In this document: piece by piece, positions 10,714 through 19,851 of the stretch
Layout: every line of letters starts with the position of its first letter
Numbering within the stretch: the first letter of the stretch is position 1
NCBI GenBank assembly: GCA_025464755.1
Contig: JAODMI010000115.1
Coordinates: 1-51,659, forward strand
DNA: 51,659 bases
Origin: Homoserinimonas sp.
GTDB lineage: Bacteria > Actinomycetota > Actinomycetes > Actinomycetales > Microbacteriaceae
Reading direction: 5' to 3'
Notes under the pieces: model-generated
What the model was told of the DNA's origin: nothing
The model's input: the letters and a program-made list of their open reading frames with translations, nothing else
The model's database searches: none
Made by a program: the position numbers and the translations under genes

Positions 10714-11369
10714 TGACCAGGCCGGCTCTATGGAAACTGCCGGTCAGTTATGCCGCCATCGGCGCGACGCAAGCGGCCGATCTAATGGCTTACCCGCCAC
10801 CCGGTTACCGGCCGTACGAGAAACGCGTCCGAATCGGTCACGGGCCGGTGAGGTGGGACTTCGCTTGGCATGCGACCCTGTCATGGGGCATCAAGTTGCG
10901 CAGCGGTTTTACCGTTGACGTCGAAAATTCGCCCTCGGAAGTCACCGACGCGACATACACTCCCGTCTCCTTTGACGACGCGGGTACACCCGTGAGTCCC
11001 GCGGCGACGGGTCCGAGTGCTGAGGCTGTGTACGGCCCTGACGGTATGCCGTTCATCGCCCCCGGTGATTCGGCTTGGCTCGTCGCCCATTTCGGGCCTT
11101 TCCACATCGGAGAGCCTGTTCGTGTTGTCTATGTAATCGACGAACCCAACCGCAAGGGTTACGCGTACGGGACACTGCCAGGGCATCCGTTCAGCGGTGA
11201 GGAAGCTTTCATCGTCGAGCGTTCCCCGGACGGTTCCGTCTGGCTAACCATCCGCTCTCTTTCGCGTCCGGCTACCGGTTTGTGGCGGGCAGCATATCCG
11301 ATCCTCCGCCTCGTTCAGGGTGCCTACCGTCGCCGATACTTCACGGCGCTGACCGGCCCAACCGACTAA
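10713..11369 (+). CDS. DUF1990 domain-containing protein
   Basis: 218 aa. The N-terminal pattern (YAAIGATQ...PPPGYRP...RIGHG...W) matches my memory of the DUF1990 family. ATGA overlap with the lepA stop. Confidence 0.65.
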   Translation: MTRPALWKLPVSYAAIGATQAADLMAYPPPGYRPYEKRVRIGHGPVRWDFAWHATLSWGIKLRSGFTVDVENSPSEVTDATYTPVSFDDAGTPVSPAATGPSAEAVYGPDGMPFIAPGDSAWLVAHFGPFHIGEPVRVVYVIDEPNRKGYAYGTLPGHPFSGEEAFIVERSPDGSVWLTIRSLSRPATGLWRAAYPILRLVQGAYRRRYFTALTGPTD

Positions 11370-11375
11370 GTCGTC

Positions 11376-12632
11376 ATGCCTTCCGCCTTGCCCCTCGCCG
11401 ATCCGGCGCCTCTCAATGGTCTACTTCCCTCTTCAGTGGCGGATGACGCGGCCACCCGCAACTTCGGTGTGTATGTGCACGTTCCCTTCTGCCGCGTCCG
11501 CTGCGGCTACTGCGACTTCAACACGTACACGTCTGAGGAGTTGCGTGGCAGTAAGCGCAGCGACTACGCCGGTCAGGCGATGGAGGAGATCGCACTTGCT
11601 GCGACGGTCCTCTCCGCGGCGGGACTACCGCAGCGCGCGGCTTCCACCATTTTCTTTGGTGGGGGAACACCGACGCTGCTTCCCTCTGGCGATCTGGCGG
11701 CGATGCTCGCTGCGATCATTGACACGTTTGGGTTGCAACCTGGTGCGGAAATCACGACGGAAGCCAATCCTGACTCCGTTGACCTTGAGTACCTGTCGAC
11801 GCTGAAGGACGCAGGGTTCACCCGTGTTTCATTCGGCATGCAGTCGGCTGTTCCCGAAGTGCTTGCCACTCTCGAGCGCACGCATGACCCCGCCCGTATA
11901 CCGCTCGTAGTGCAGTGGGCCAGGCAGGTGGGGCTCGATGTCAGCCTCGACCTCATTTATGGTACGCCGGGGGAGACGCTTGAAGACTGGAGACGGTCTT
12001 TGGAGCATGCGATTGCGCAGCAACCGGATCATCTTTCCGCATATGCGCTCATCGTTGAGGACGGCACAAAACTGGCGAGGCAGATTCGCCGTGGCGAGGT
12101 CGCCCAGCCCGACGACGACCTTCAGGCTGATATGTATGAGCTCGCCGATCAGCTGCTGGCACAAGCAGGATTCGAGTGGTACGAGGTCAGCAACTGGGCC
12201 CATCGAGGCGGGCACGGGGTTCCCGCTTTGGCGCACACGCTTGATCGTCGCTCGCGACACAACCTCGCCTATTGGCAGGGCCATGACTGGTGGGGGATTG
12301 GCCCGGGCGCCCACAGCCACATCGGAGGGGTCCGGTGGTGGAACGTTAAGCACCCGGCAGCGTATGCCGACCGTATCCGCGCCGGACATTCGCCCGCAGC
12401 CGGTCGGGAAACGCTGAATGGTGAAACCCGCAGGGTTGAGCGAGTGCTGTTGTTGACGCGCATCCGTGACGGTCTCACCATCGCTGAGCTCGCACCGTCC
12501 GGTCGGACGGCGGTTGCCGGCCTCATCGCGGACGAGCTGGTGGACGCCAGAGCCGCCCTGCGCGGGTCAATCGAGTTGACCCTGCGAGGACGGCTGCTGG
12601 CCGATGCTGTAGTTCGTCGGCTATTGGAGTAA
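11376..12632 (+). CDS. hemW: radical SAM family heme chaperone HemW (HemN-like, oxygen-independent coproporphyrinogen oxidase-like)
   Basis: Radical-SAM cluster motif CRVRCGYCDF, HemN-like C-terminal domain, and conserved lepA-hemW-hrcA synteny. Confidence 0.9.
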   Translation: MPSALPLADPAPLNGLLPSSVADDAATRNFGVYVHVPFCRVRCGYCDFNTYTSEELRGSKRSDYAGQAMEEIALAATVLSAAGLPQRAASTIFFGGGTPTLLPSGDLAAMLAAIIDTFGLQPGAEITTEANPDSVDLEYLSTLKDAGFTRVSFGMQSAVPEVLATLERTHDPARIPLVVQWARQVGLDVSLDLIYGTPGETLEDWRRSLEHAIAQQPDHLSAYALIVEDGTKLARQIRRGEVAQPDDDLQADMYELADQLLAQAGFEWYEVSNWAHRGGHGVPALAHTLDRRSRHNLAYWQGHDWWGIGPGAHSHIGGVRWWNVKHPAAYADRIRAGHSPAAGRETLNGETRRVERVLLLTRIRDGLTIAELAPSGRTAVAGLIADELVDARAALRGSIELTLRGRLLADAVVRRLLE

Positions 12633-13007
12633 CTACTTGATGAACTCGATCGTCATGGGGTACTTGTAGTACTGCCCATTGTTGGCCTTGACGGCCGCGA
12701 TGATGCTGAAAACGATGATCACAATGCCAACGGCGGCCAGGATCAGGAATCCCACAAGAACGATCGTGAGGAGAGCGCCCACCACGCTGACGATAACCAT
12801 GGTGATTTGGAAGTTGAGCGCGGTACGCGTGTGGTCGCGCACGAACGGTCCACGATCTTTCAATACGAGGTATCCGATGAGCGCCGGCAGGAAACCGAAA
12901 AGGATGCCACCGATGTGAACCAGTGTTGCCCAGAGCTTCTCATCGCTTGGGCGCATCGGCTGTACCGGCTGGTAGTCGGCGGGGGGCGGGGGCGCTGAGT
13001 ATGTCAT
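12633..13007 (-). CDS. DUF4870 domain-containing membrane protein
   Basis: 124 aa with a Pro-rich N-terminus followed by EKLWATLVHIGGILF...LKDRGPFVRDHTRTALNFQITMVI and 3 TM segments, the pattern typical of DUF4870. Confidence 0.7.
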   Translation of the reverse strand: MTYSAPPPPADYQPVQPMRPSDEKLWATLVHIGGILFGFLPALIGYLVLKDRGPFVRDHTRTALNFQITMVIVSVVGALLTIVLVGFLILAAVGIVIIVFSIIAAVKANNGQYYKYPMTIEFIK

Positions 13008-13047
13008 GGGCTCATTAAAGCAACACGGTGGGTTTTGTGTTTAACTG

Positions 13048-13437
13048 CTATTTAATCCAGCGGATGTTAACCGGGTAGCGGTAACTGCCGCCACCGCTGA
13101 CCTTGACGCCACCCATAATCGCAAAGATCAGGTTGACGATGAGGACTGCCCAGAGCAGCGCCGTCAGGATAAGACCCATGACCCAGCCGATGATGGGGAT
13201 GAAGCTGAGGATCGAGTTGACGATGCTCACCACCACAGCCAGCCCGGTGACGTTGATTGTCCAGTTCAGGGCTTCCTTGCTTTCCTGCCGCACGAGGTTG
13301 CCTCGGTCCTTGAATACAAGGTAGATGATGAGCGCAGGAACGACCAGGATGATGTTGCCGAAGTGGGCGAAAGACGCCCACTGCCTGTCGTCGGCTGCGG
13401 ACAGTGGGGCAGCGGATGATGGTCCTTGCGTGGTCAT
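13048..13437 (-). CDS. DUF4870 domain-containing membrane protein (tandem paralogue)
   Basis: Same architecture as its neighbour (DRQWASFAHFGNIILV...FKDRGNLVRQESKEALNWTINVTGL). I prefer the internal ATG at 13437-13435 (MTTQGPSS...) over the ORF-track start at 13554. Confidence 0.7.
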   Translation of the reverse strand: MTTQGPSSAAPLSAADDRQWASFAHFGNIILVVPALIIYLVFKDRGNLVRQESKEALNWTINVTGLAVVVSIVNSILSFIPIIGWVMGLILTALLWAVLIVNLIFAIMGGVKVSGGGSYRYPVNIRWIK

Positions 13438-13586
13438 GGGGTGCCTTCCAGTTGTGCGAGAAAGAAGCGGTCTTGCCTGCGGTGAGACGGCAAGCGCTGC
13501 TCCGAGTGGGTCACCTCGGTAGCCCCTAAAGGTAGCCCGGCACAAGCAGCGCATGCAACGCCTCGGACGTGACCTAGGCGGTACAA

Positions 13587-13613
13587 TTGGCAGTCATAGG
13601 TCGGGAGTGCCAA
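13587..13613 (+). promoter_or_regulatory. CIRCE-like HrcA operator (TTGGCAGTC-N9-GAGTGCCAA)
   Basis: Inverted repeat matching the CIRCE consensus TTAGCACTC-N9-GAGTGCTAA at 15 of 18 positions. The A>G / T>C change is symmetric. It ends 20 nt upstream of the hrcA start. Confidence 0.65.
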
Positions 13614-13633
13614 TAGCGGAAGGCTGGTATCGC

Positions 13634-14656
13634 ATGGTGTCTGAGCGCAGCCTCGAGGTCCTGCGAGTGATTGTTCAGGACTATGTCGCATCGCGTGAGC
13701 CTGTCGGCTCGAGGTCGATAGTGGACCGGCACGCCTTCGGTGTATCTGCCGCGACAATCCGAAGCGACATGGCTCTGCTCGAAGAGGAAGAACTCATTGC
13801 AGCGCCGCACACATCATCCGGTCGCATTCCGACCGATAAGGGTTACCGCGTTTTCGTAGACCAGCTCGCCGATCTGCGACCGCTTACTCAGGCCCAACGG
13901 CATGCCATCGAAGCTTTCCTCGGCCAGTCAAGTGACCTGGATGAGGTGCTCGCGCGCACCGTTCGACTGTTGTCGCAGTTGACGCACCAAGTCGCGCTCG
14001 TGCAATACCCCTCGTTGTCGCGCGCGCGCGTTCGGCACATCGAGCTGGTATCGCTGAGCGCCACGCGAGTGATGTCAGTGCTCATCACAGACAGCGGTCA
14101 CGTTGAGCAGCGCATCATCGAGGTGCAGGAGCCAGTCGCCGATGAGGTACTCGCCGGTGTGAGAGCTAAGCTCAATTCCACCCTTGGGGGGCTTGGGTTG
14201 GTTGAGGCGGCAGAGTCCCTCGCTAGCTTTCCGACGCAGTTTCCGGCTGAGAGTCGCCGAATAGTTGACCTCGTCTCCGCCACGCTGGCCGAACAGGTCG
14301 CAGCGAACCGTCACGACAAGCTGGTCATGGCGGGCGCGGCAAACCTTGTGCGCACCGAGGAAGACTTCAGCGGGAGCATCTATCCTGTACTGGAAGCGAT
14401 TGAGGAGCAAGTGACATTGCTACGGCTCTTCAGCGAAATGGAGCCAGATCAACACGGCATTTCGGTTCGGATAGGCAGCGAGAACGCCTCGTTCGGGCTT
14501 GGCGAGACTTCCATCCTCGCCACCGGCTACGCGTCATCCGGAACAGAACTAGCCAGGCTGGGCGTGCTTGGACCCACCCGAATGGACTATTCGAACAACA
14601 TGGCCGCCGTACGGGCGGTCGCCCGATACCTCACAAAATTGCTGGGCGAGAACTGA
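13634..14656 (+). CDS. hrcA: heat-inducible transcriptional repressor HrcA
   Basis: MVSERSLEVLRVIVQDYVASREPVGSRSIV... is a canonical HrcA winged-helix N-terminus. It is followed by dnaJ and preceded by CIRCE. The ORF-track start at 13553 would include the operator. Confidence 0.93.
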   Translation: MVSERSLEVLRVIVQDYVASREPVGSRSIVDRHAFGVSAATIRSDMALLEEEELIAAPHTSSGRIPTDKGYRVFVDQLADLRPLTQAQRHAIEAFLGQSSDLDEVLARTVRLLSQLTHQVALVQYPSLSRARVRHIELVSLSATRVMSVLITDSGHVEQRIIEVQEPVADEVLAGVRAKLNSTLGGLGLVEAAESLASFPTQFPAESRRIVDLVSATLAEQVAANRHDKLVMAGAANLVRTEEDFSGSIYPVLEAIEEQVTLLRLFSEMEPDQHGISVRIGSENASFGLGETSILATGYASSGTELARLGVLGPTRMDYSNNMAAVRAVARYLTKLLGEN

Positions 14657-14728
14657 CAATCACGCTAACAACCTCGGTGAAACGGGGCCACCGCGCGTGT
14701 GCGTGCACGATGAATCAAAGGATATGGA

Positions 14729-15838
14729 TTGGCTGACCACTACGAAGTACTCGGTGTCGAACGAAGCGCGACACCTGAGGAAATCAAGAAGGCGTACCGT
14801 CGCCTCGCACGCGAATTGCACCCCGACGTAAACTCTGGGCCGGACGCCTCAGAGCGTTTCAAGCTAGTGACACACGCCTACGACGTGCTCTCAGACCCGA
14901 AACAAAAGCAGCAATACGATCTGGGCGGGCAAGGTGGTAGTTTCGGCGGCGACTTCGGTGGCTTCGGGGACATCTTCGAGACGTTCTTCGGGGGAGGCGG
15001 AGGCCGCGGCGGCTCCCGCCCGCCACGCTCACGCAGCGAACGTGGGCAAGACGCCTTGGTTCGGATCGAAGTCGAGTTGGAAGATGTCATCTTCGGAACG
15101 CAGCACGAGTTCGAGGTCGACACTGCGGTGCTGTGCAAGACCTGCCAGGGCAGCTGCTGCCAACCGGGAACCGAGCCTGTCACCTGCGACATCTGCCACG
15201 GAACAGGGCTCATTCAGCGCGCCGTTCGCAGCTTGCTCGGCAACGTAATGACATCAAGCCCCTGTGGAACCTGTCGTGGGTTCGGCACGGTTATCCCCAA
15301 CCCTTGCCCCACCTGCCAGGGGCAGGGTCGGGTGCGAGCGCGCCGCAAAATTCCCGTCGAAATCCCGGCCGGCGTGGACACAGGCATCCGCCTTCAAATG
15401 CCTGGCCAAGGCGAAGTCGGTCCGGCCGGAGGGCCCAACGGGGACCTTTACCTCGAAATCAAGGTACGTCATCACGACGTTTTCAGCCGTAACGGGGATG
15501 ACCTTCTTGCGACGCTTGAAATTCAAATGACTGACGCCATCCTTGGCACGTCCGCAGTCTTAAGCGCCCTCGACGGTGACATCTCTGTGGACATCCGACC
15601 GGGCATCCAGAGCGCTGAAGTGATCACAATCAAGGACCGTGGCGTTACGCATTTGCGCGGCTCGGGACGGGGAGACCTGAAAATTGGCGTTCAGGTTCTC
15701 ACCCCGACGAAACTTTCCGGGAAGGCTCAGGACCTTGTGCGCGAACTCGCTCGCGTGCAAAAAGCGGTCCCGCCGCATCTGGCGCAATTCCAGCAGGGGT
15801 TGTTCCAAAAATTACGCGACCGCTTCTTGAACCTTTAA
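14729..15838 (+). CDS. dnaJ: molecular chaperone DnaJ
   Basis: J domain with HPD (RELHPDVN), a G/F-rich linker and four CxxCxGxG-type zinc-finger repeats (CKTCQGSC, CDICHGTG, CGTCRGFG, CPTCQGQG). TTG start. Confidence 0.95.
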   Translation: MADHYEVLGVERSATPEEIKKAYRRLARELHPDVNSGPDASERFKLVTHAYDVLSDPKQKQQYDLGGQGGSFGGDFGGFGDIFETFFGGGGGRGGSRPPRSRSERGQDALVRIEVELEDVIFGTQHEFEVDTAVLCKTCQGSCCQPGTEPVTCDICHGTGLIQRAVRSLLGNVMTSSPCGTCRGFGTVIPNPCPTCQGQGRVRARRKIPVEIPAGVDTGIRLQMPGQGEVGPAGGPNGDLYLEIKVRHHDVFSRNGDDLLATLEIQMTDAILGTSAVLSALDGDISVDIRPGIQSAEVITIKDRGVTHLRGSGRGDLKIGVQVLTPTKLSGKAQDLVRELARVQKAVPPHLAQFQQGLFQKLRDRFLNL

Positions 15839-15839
15839 C

Positions 15840-16568
15840 GTGGCCCATTTCTACCTCGCTGAAACCCTTGAGGCGGCACAAACCGGCTCAGAAGTTTCCC
15901 TTGTTGGCTCCGAAGCCCGGCATGCCGTGAGTGTCAGCCGTATTCGCGTCGGAGAGCGACTGACCATAGGCAACGGCTCCGGACTGATGGTGACCGGCAC
16001 GGTTGTCTCGGCAGAACCGCACGAGTTGCGAATCAGCGCAGAAGAGGTGCTGCACGTACCGGCGGCCAACCCGGCGATATGGCTGGCACAAGCGCTAGCC
16101 AAGGGTGACCGCGATGAATATGCCGTGCAGGCAGCAACAGAACTGGGTGTGGACGGTGTCATCCCTTGGGCGGCTCAACGCTCGATCGTGAAATGGGAAG
16201 GCAACAAAGTTCGCAAGGGGCACGAGCGTTGGAGCGCGATCGTTCGGGAGGCAACCAAGCAGTCAATACGGCCGTGGATTCCCGAAGTGGCCGACTTGGC
16301 GTCGACCCGAGTGCTTGCTGCGCTTGCAGGTGACACACGGATGCTTGTGCTCGACCCAACGGCGGAAGTGGCCCTGTCATCGCTAAGGCCAGATGGTCGC
16401 GACATCGTGGTGGTGGTGGGGCCGGAGGGTGGTGTGTCGCCGGTTGAAAGGGAAATCCTGAGGGCGGGGGGCGCCAACCCGGTGCGTTTGGGGGACACGG
16501 TGCTGAGAACTTCGACGGCCGGTCCGGCGGCAATCGCCGTGCTGAATGCCGCAATGGGCCGTTGGTGA
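15840..16568 (+). CDS. rsmE: 16S rRNA (uracil1498-N3)-methyltransferase RsmE
   Basis: 242 aa with a PUA-like N-terminus and a SPOUT C-terminus (VVVGPEGG...E). Conserved dnaJ-rsmE synteny. GTG start is 1 nt after the dnaJ stop. Confidence 0.88.
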   Translation: MAHFYLAETLEAAQTGSEVSLVGSEARHAVSVSRIRVGERLTIGNGSGLMVTGTVVSAEPHELRISAEEVLHVPAANPAIWLAQALAKGDRDEYAVQAATELGVDGVIPWAAQRSIVKWEGNKVRKGHERWSAIVREATKQSIRPWIPEVADLASTRVLAALAGDTRMLVLDPTAEVALSSLRPDGRDIVVVVGPEGGVSPVEREILRAGGANPVRLGDTVLRTSTAGPAAIAVLNAAMGRW

Positions 16569-16594
16569 CACGGTGCAGAGCTTAAGCTGGGTAC

Positions 16595-16951
16595 ATGTCT
16601 GTAACTGATGACCGCTCCGTGTTCACGAGAATCGTCGAGCGTGAAATTCCGGCTGACATCGTCTTCGAAAATGAGACCCTGATCGCGTTCCGCGACATTG
16701 CCCCGCAAGCGCCGACGCACATTCTCGTCGTGCCGAAGGTGAGCCACTACCGCAATGTCACAGAACTTGCGGGGGCAGATCCGGCCCTTCTCGCTGAACT
16801 CGTCACCACCGCGCAGGCTCTAGCAAACGCGCACTGCGGCGGAGAGTTTCGACTCGTCTTCAACACGGGATCAACGGTGGGCCAAACCGTCTTCCATGTA
16901 CACGCTCATGTCCTGGGGGGCACCATTCCGGAAGGTTCTCTTGCCCCGTAA
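16595..16951 (+). CDS. HIT-family (histidine triad) nucleotide-binding protein
   Basis: 118 aa with the histidine triad HVHAHVLGG near the C-terminus. Confidence 0.9.
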   Translation: MSVTDDRSVFTRIVEREIPADIVFENETLIAFRDIAPQAPTHILVVPKVSHYRNVTELAGADPALLAELVTTAQALANAHCGGEFRLVFNTGSTVGQTVFHVHAHVLGGTIPEGSLAP

Positions 16952-17972
16952 AGACAGTGACACCAGCGGTAAGCAGCGCGGAAACGACCGCGAGATCAAC
17001 CGCGTCGAGATGAGCGTCGAAGGCGTGGCGATGGTCCGGCTGCTCGGCCCACACGATCGCCTGCTCAAAACCATCGAGAAACAGTTTCCCCTCGTGCAGG
17101 TAATGGTCCGAGGAAACGAAATCGTCCTGACAGGCGATGTAAGCCAGGTGAGTGCTGCAAAGCGCTTGGTAGAGGAGTTGATCCAAATGGTACGCAACGA
17201 CCAGGACCCCGGCATTGACGACGTCACCGAGTCGGCGCGCATGCTCGCCAATGACCCGTCTATCAGTCCCGCCGATGTGCTCAGCCAGGCAATCCTCACA
17301 AACCGTGGCAAGAGCATCCGTGCGAAAACCGAGGGTCAGAAAAACTACGTCGACGCGATTGACGAGAACACGATAGTTTTCGGCATCGGCCCGGCCGGTA
17401 CGGGCAAGACCTACTTGGCGATGGCGAAGGCGGTGCAAGCCCTGCAGCGTAAGGAAGTCACCCGCATCATCCTCACCCGCCCCGCCGTTGAAGCAGGTGA
17501 GCGACTGGGGTTCCTCCCTGGTACTTTGACCGACAAAATCGACCCCTACCTGCGCCCGCTCTACGATGCGCTCAACGAGATGATGGACCCAGATGTTGTC
17601 ATCAAGCTTCTCGCCATCGGAACCATCGAGGTTGCACCATTGGCCTACATGCGCGGGCGCACCCTCAACGATTCATTCGTTGTTCTCGATGAGGCGCAAA
17701 ACACCACACCCGAGCAGATGAAGATGTTCCTCACCAGGCTCGGCTTCGGATCCAAGATGGTCGTCACCGGTGACATCACGCAAGTGGACCTTCCCACCGG
17801 GTCCAGCGGACTCCGACTGGTAACGCGCGTGCTGAACGACATCGAGGAAATTCACTTCAGCACCCTCACAAGCGCGGACGTGGTTCGACACACCTTGGTT
17901 GGGCGCATCGTTGACGCCTACACGAAGTACGACGAAGAACGTCAAGCAAAAACGTTTGAGCGTGGTCAGTGA
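16941..17972 (+). CDS. phoH: PhoH-family ATPase
   Basis: Walker A GPAGTGKT and a PhoH-like core (DEAQNTTPEQMKMFLTRLG), with phoH-ybeY synteny. TTG 16941 lies 5 nt after GGAAGG. Alternative starts are 16896 (ORF track) and ATG 17010. Confidence 0.88.
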   Translation: MPRKDSDTSGKQRGNDREINRVEMSVEGVAMVRLLGPHDRLLKTIEKQFPLVQVMVRGNEIVLTGDVSQVSAAKRLVEELIQMVRNDQDPGIDDVTESARMLANDPSISPADVLSQAILTNRGKSIRAKTEGQKNYVDAIDENTIVFGIGPAGTGKTYLAMAKAVQALQRKEVTRIILTRPAVEAGERLGFLPGTLTDKIDPYLRPLYDALNEMMDPDVVIKLLAIGTIEVAPLAYMRGRTLNDSFVVLDEAQNTTPEQMKMFLTRLGFGSKMVVTGDITQVDLPTGSSGLRLVTRVLNDIEEIHFSTLTSADVVRHTLVGRIVDAYTKYDEERQAKTFERGQ

Positions 17973-18033
17973 CGCTGCAGTATCGACACATTCAGCCCGT
18001 ATTACCGAAGAAACCGCAGGCAGGGGAACAGCA

Positions 18034-18501
18034 ATGAGCATCGAGGTCAATAACGAGTCGGTCGTGGACGTCGATGAGAGCGCGCTCCAGCGCCTCGCCA
18101 TCTATGCCCTTGACCAACTACATGTTCACCCAGACGCCGACTTGTCAATCGTTTTAGTTGATGAGGCAGCAATGGAGCAATTGCACGTGCAGTGGATGGA
18201 CGAGCCAGGGCCCACCGACGTCCTCAGTTTCCCCATGGATGAACTGCGCCCGGGGACCGATGACGCCATCACACCCGCCGGGCTTCTCGGAGACGTTGTG
18301 GTCTGCCCGCAGGTTGCAATCGCGCAAGCCGAGACTGCCGGCCACAGCCCGCTCGAAGAAATGCTGATGCTCACGACTCACGGGATTCTGCACCTGCTGG
18401 GATTCGACCATGCGGAGCCGGCGGAAGAAAAAGAGATGTTCGGAATCCAGCGCGACATCCTAATTAACTTCACGATGGAAGAGCGCCGTGGCAGGCACTA
18501 A
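18034..18501 (+). CDS. ybeY: rRNA maturation endoribonuclease YbeY
   Basis: Zinc motif HGILHLLGFDH. ATG 18034 is preceded by AGGGGAA. The ORF-track start at 17899 overlaps the end of phoH. Confidence 0.9.
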   Translation: MSIEVNNESVVDVDESALQRLAIYALDQLHVHPDADLSIVLVDEAAMEQLHVQWMDEPGPTDVLSFPMDELRPGTDDAITPAGLLGDVVVCPQVAIAQAETAGHSPLEEMLMLTTHGILHLLGFDHAEPAEEKEMFGIQRDILINFTMEERRGRH

Positions 18502-18540
18502 CGCACGAGCAACCTTGACGCCGAAATTGGCAACCGACAT

Positions 18541-19851
18541 ATGACGCCGATCCCAATTCTGGTCACCGTCGCCGTTCTCCTCGTTGCATTCGGCGGACTG
18601 ATGGCGGCTACCGATGCTGCGCTCTCAGTCGTGTCCCGTGCAGAGCTGATTGAGCTGGCCGCCAAGGCGAGGGCTAAAAGATCGCTAACGGCTATCGCCG
18701 AAGACGTGAATGCGCACGTAAACGCCGCCAATTTTGTGAGAGTCGCTGCCGAAATGACGGCTGCCGTGCTGATCACGTTGTCCCTGGCTAGCCTCCTTGA
18801 CCAGTGGTGGCTGGCACTGCTGTGCTCGGCTTTCATCATGATCGTGGCATCGTTCGTGCTGGTGGGTTCCAGCCCGCGTAGCGTCGGGCGGGAACATTCC
18901 CGTCCGATCATCCGCTCCACCGCACTCATCGTGCACGCCATACGGGTGCTGCTCGGCCCTGTGGCTGCAGCGCTGGTGGCCATTGGGAACCGGGTGACTC
19001 CTGGCCGCCCCAAGACCACGACATTCTCCTCAGAAGAGCAGCTGTTGAGCATGGTTGATGAGGCCACAGCGCTGGACGTACTCGAAGAAGACGACCGAGC
19101 GCTCATCCATTCCATCTTCGAGTTCAACGACACCGTCGTTCGGGAAGTGATGATCCCGCGCACCGATATGGTGACCGTTGAGGGCACCGACTCCTTAAGC
19201 ATGGCAATGAGCCTGTTCCTCAGTAAGGGCGTGTCACGGATACCGGTCATCGGCAGTGACGTCGACGAAGTTCTGGGAGTCGTCTACCTCCGTGATGCCG
19301 CCCGCCTCACCCATGAGCAGCCGATCGACGCAGACGGAATCACAGTGGGGGAGTTGGCACGCCCCGCGCTCTTCGTACCAGAGTCCAAGAAGGTCGACAA
19401 TTTGTTGCGGCAGATGCAGTTGGAATCGAACCATCTGGCGATGGTCGTTGACGAGTACGGCGGCATTGCAGGGCTCGTCACACTTGAAGACCTCATCGAG
19501 GAACTGGTTGGCGACATCTCCGACGAATACGACCGCGCGGTCGAGGAGATTCGCGATCTCGGTGACGGGAGGTTCCGCGTTGCCGCACGGCTACCTATCG
19601 ATGAACTTGGGGAACTTTTCGGGATCGAGCTCGACGATGACGACGTCGATTCGGTGGGGGGACTCCTGGCTAAAGCACTGGGCAGACTTCCAGAAGCAGG
19701 CTCGGTCGCCACATACTCGGGCCTGACCATGACAGCCGACCGCACGGAAGGTCGGCGCAAGCGCCTCAGCACCGTGCTGGTTGAGCGTGATGAAGCACTC
19801 ATTGATGCGCAAAGCGCATTTTTCAACGAAAAGAACGGTGACCAGTCGTGA
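18541..19851 (+). CDS. hemolysin-family / CNNM-type transporter-associated protein (DUF21 + tandem CBS + CorC_HlyC)
   Basis: 436 aa with an N-terminal 4-TM DUF21-like region, CBS pair and C-terminal CorC/HlyC-like domain. It sits in the usual position between ybeY and era. Confidence 0.88.
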   Translation: MTPIPILVTVAVLLVAFGGLMAATDAALSVVSRAELIELAAKARAKRSLTAIAEDVNAHVNAANFVRVAAEMTAAVLITLSLASLLDQWWLALLCSAFIMIVASFVLVGSSPRSVGREHSRPIIRSTALIVHAIRVLLGPVAAALVAIGNRVTPGRPKTTTFSSEEQLLSMVDEATALDVLEEDDRALIHSIFEFNDTVVREVMIPRTDMVTVEGTDSLSMAMSLFLSKGVSRIPVIGSDVDEVLGVVYLRDAARLTHEQPIDADGITVGELARPALFVPESKKVDNLLRQMQLESNHLAMVVDEYGGIAGLVTLEDLIEELVGDISDEYDRAVEEIRDLGDGRFRVAARLPIDELGELFGIELDDDDVDSVGGLLAKALGRLPEAGSVATYSGLTMTADRTEGRRKRLSTVLVERDEALIDAQSAFFNEKNGDQS

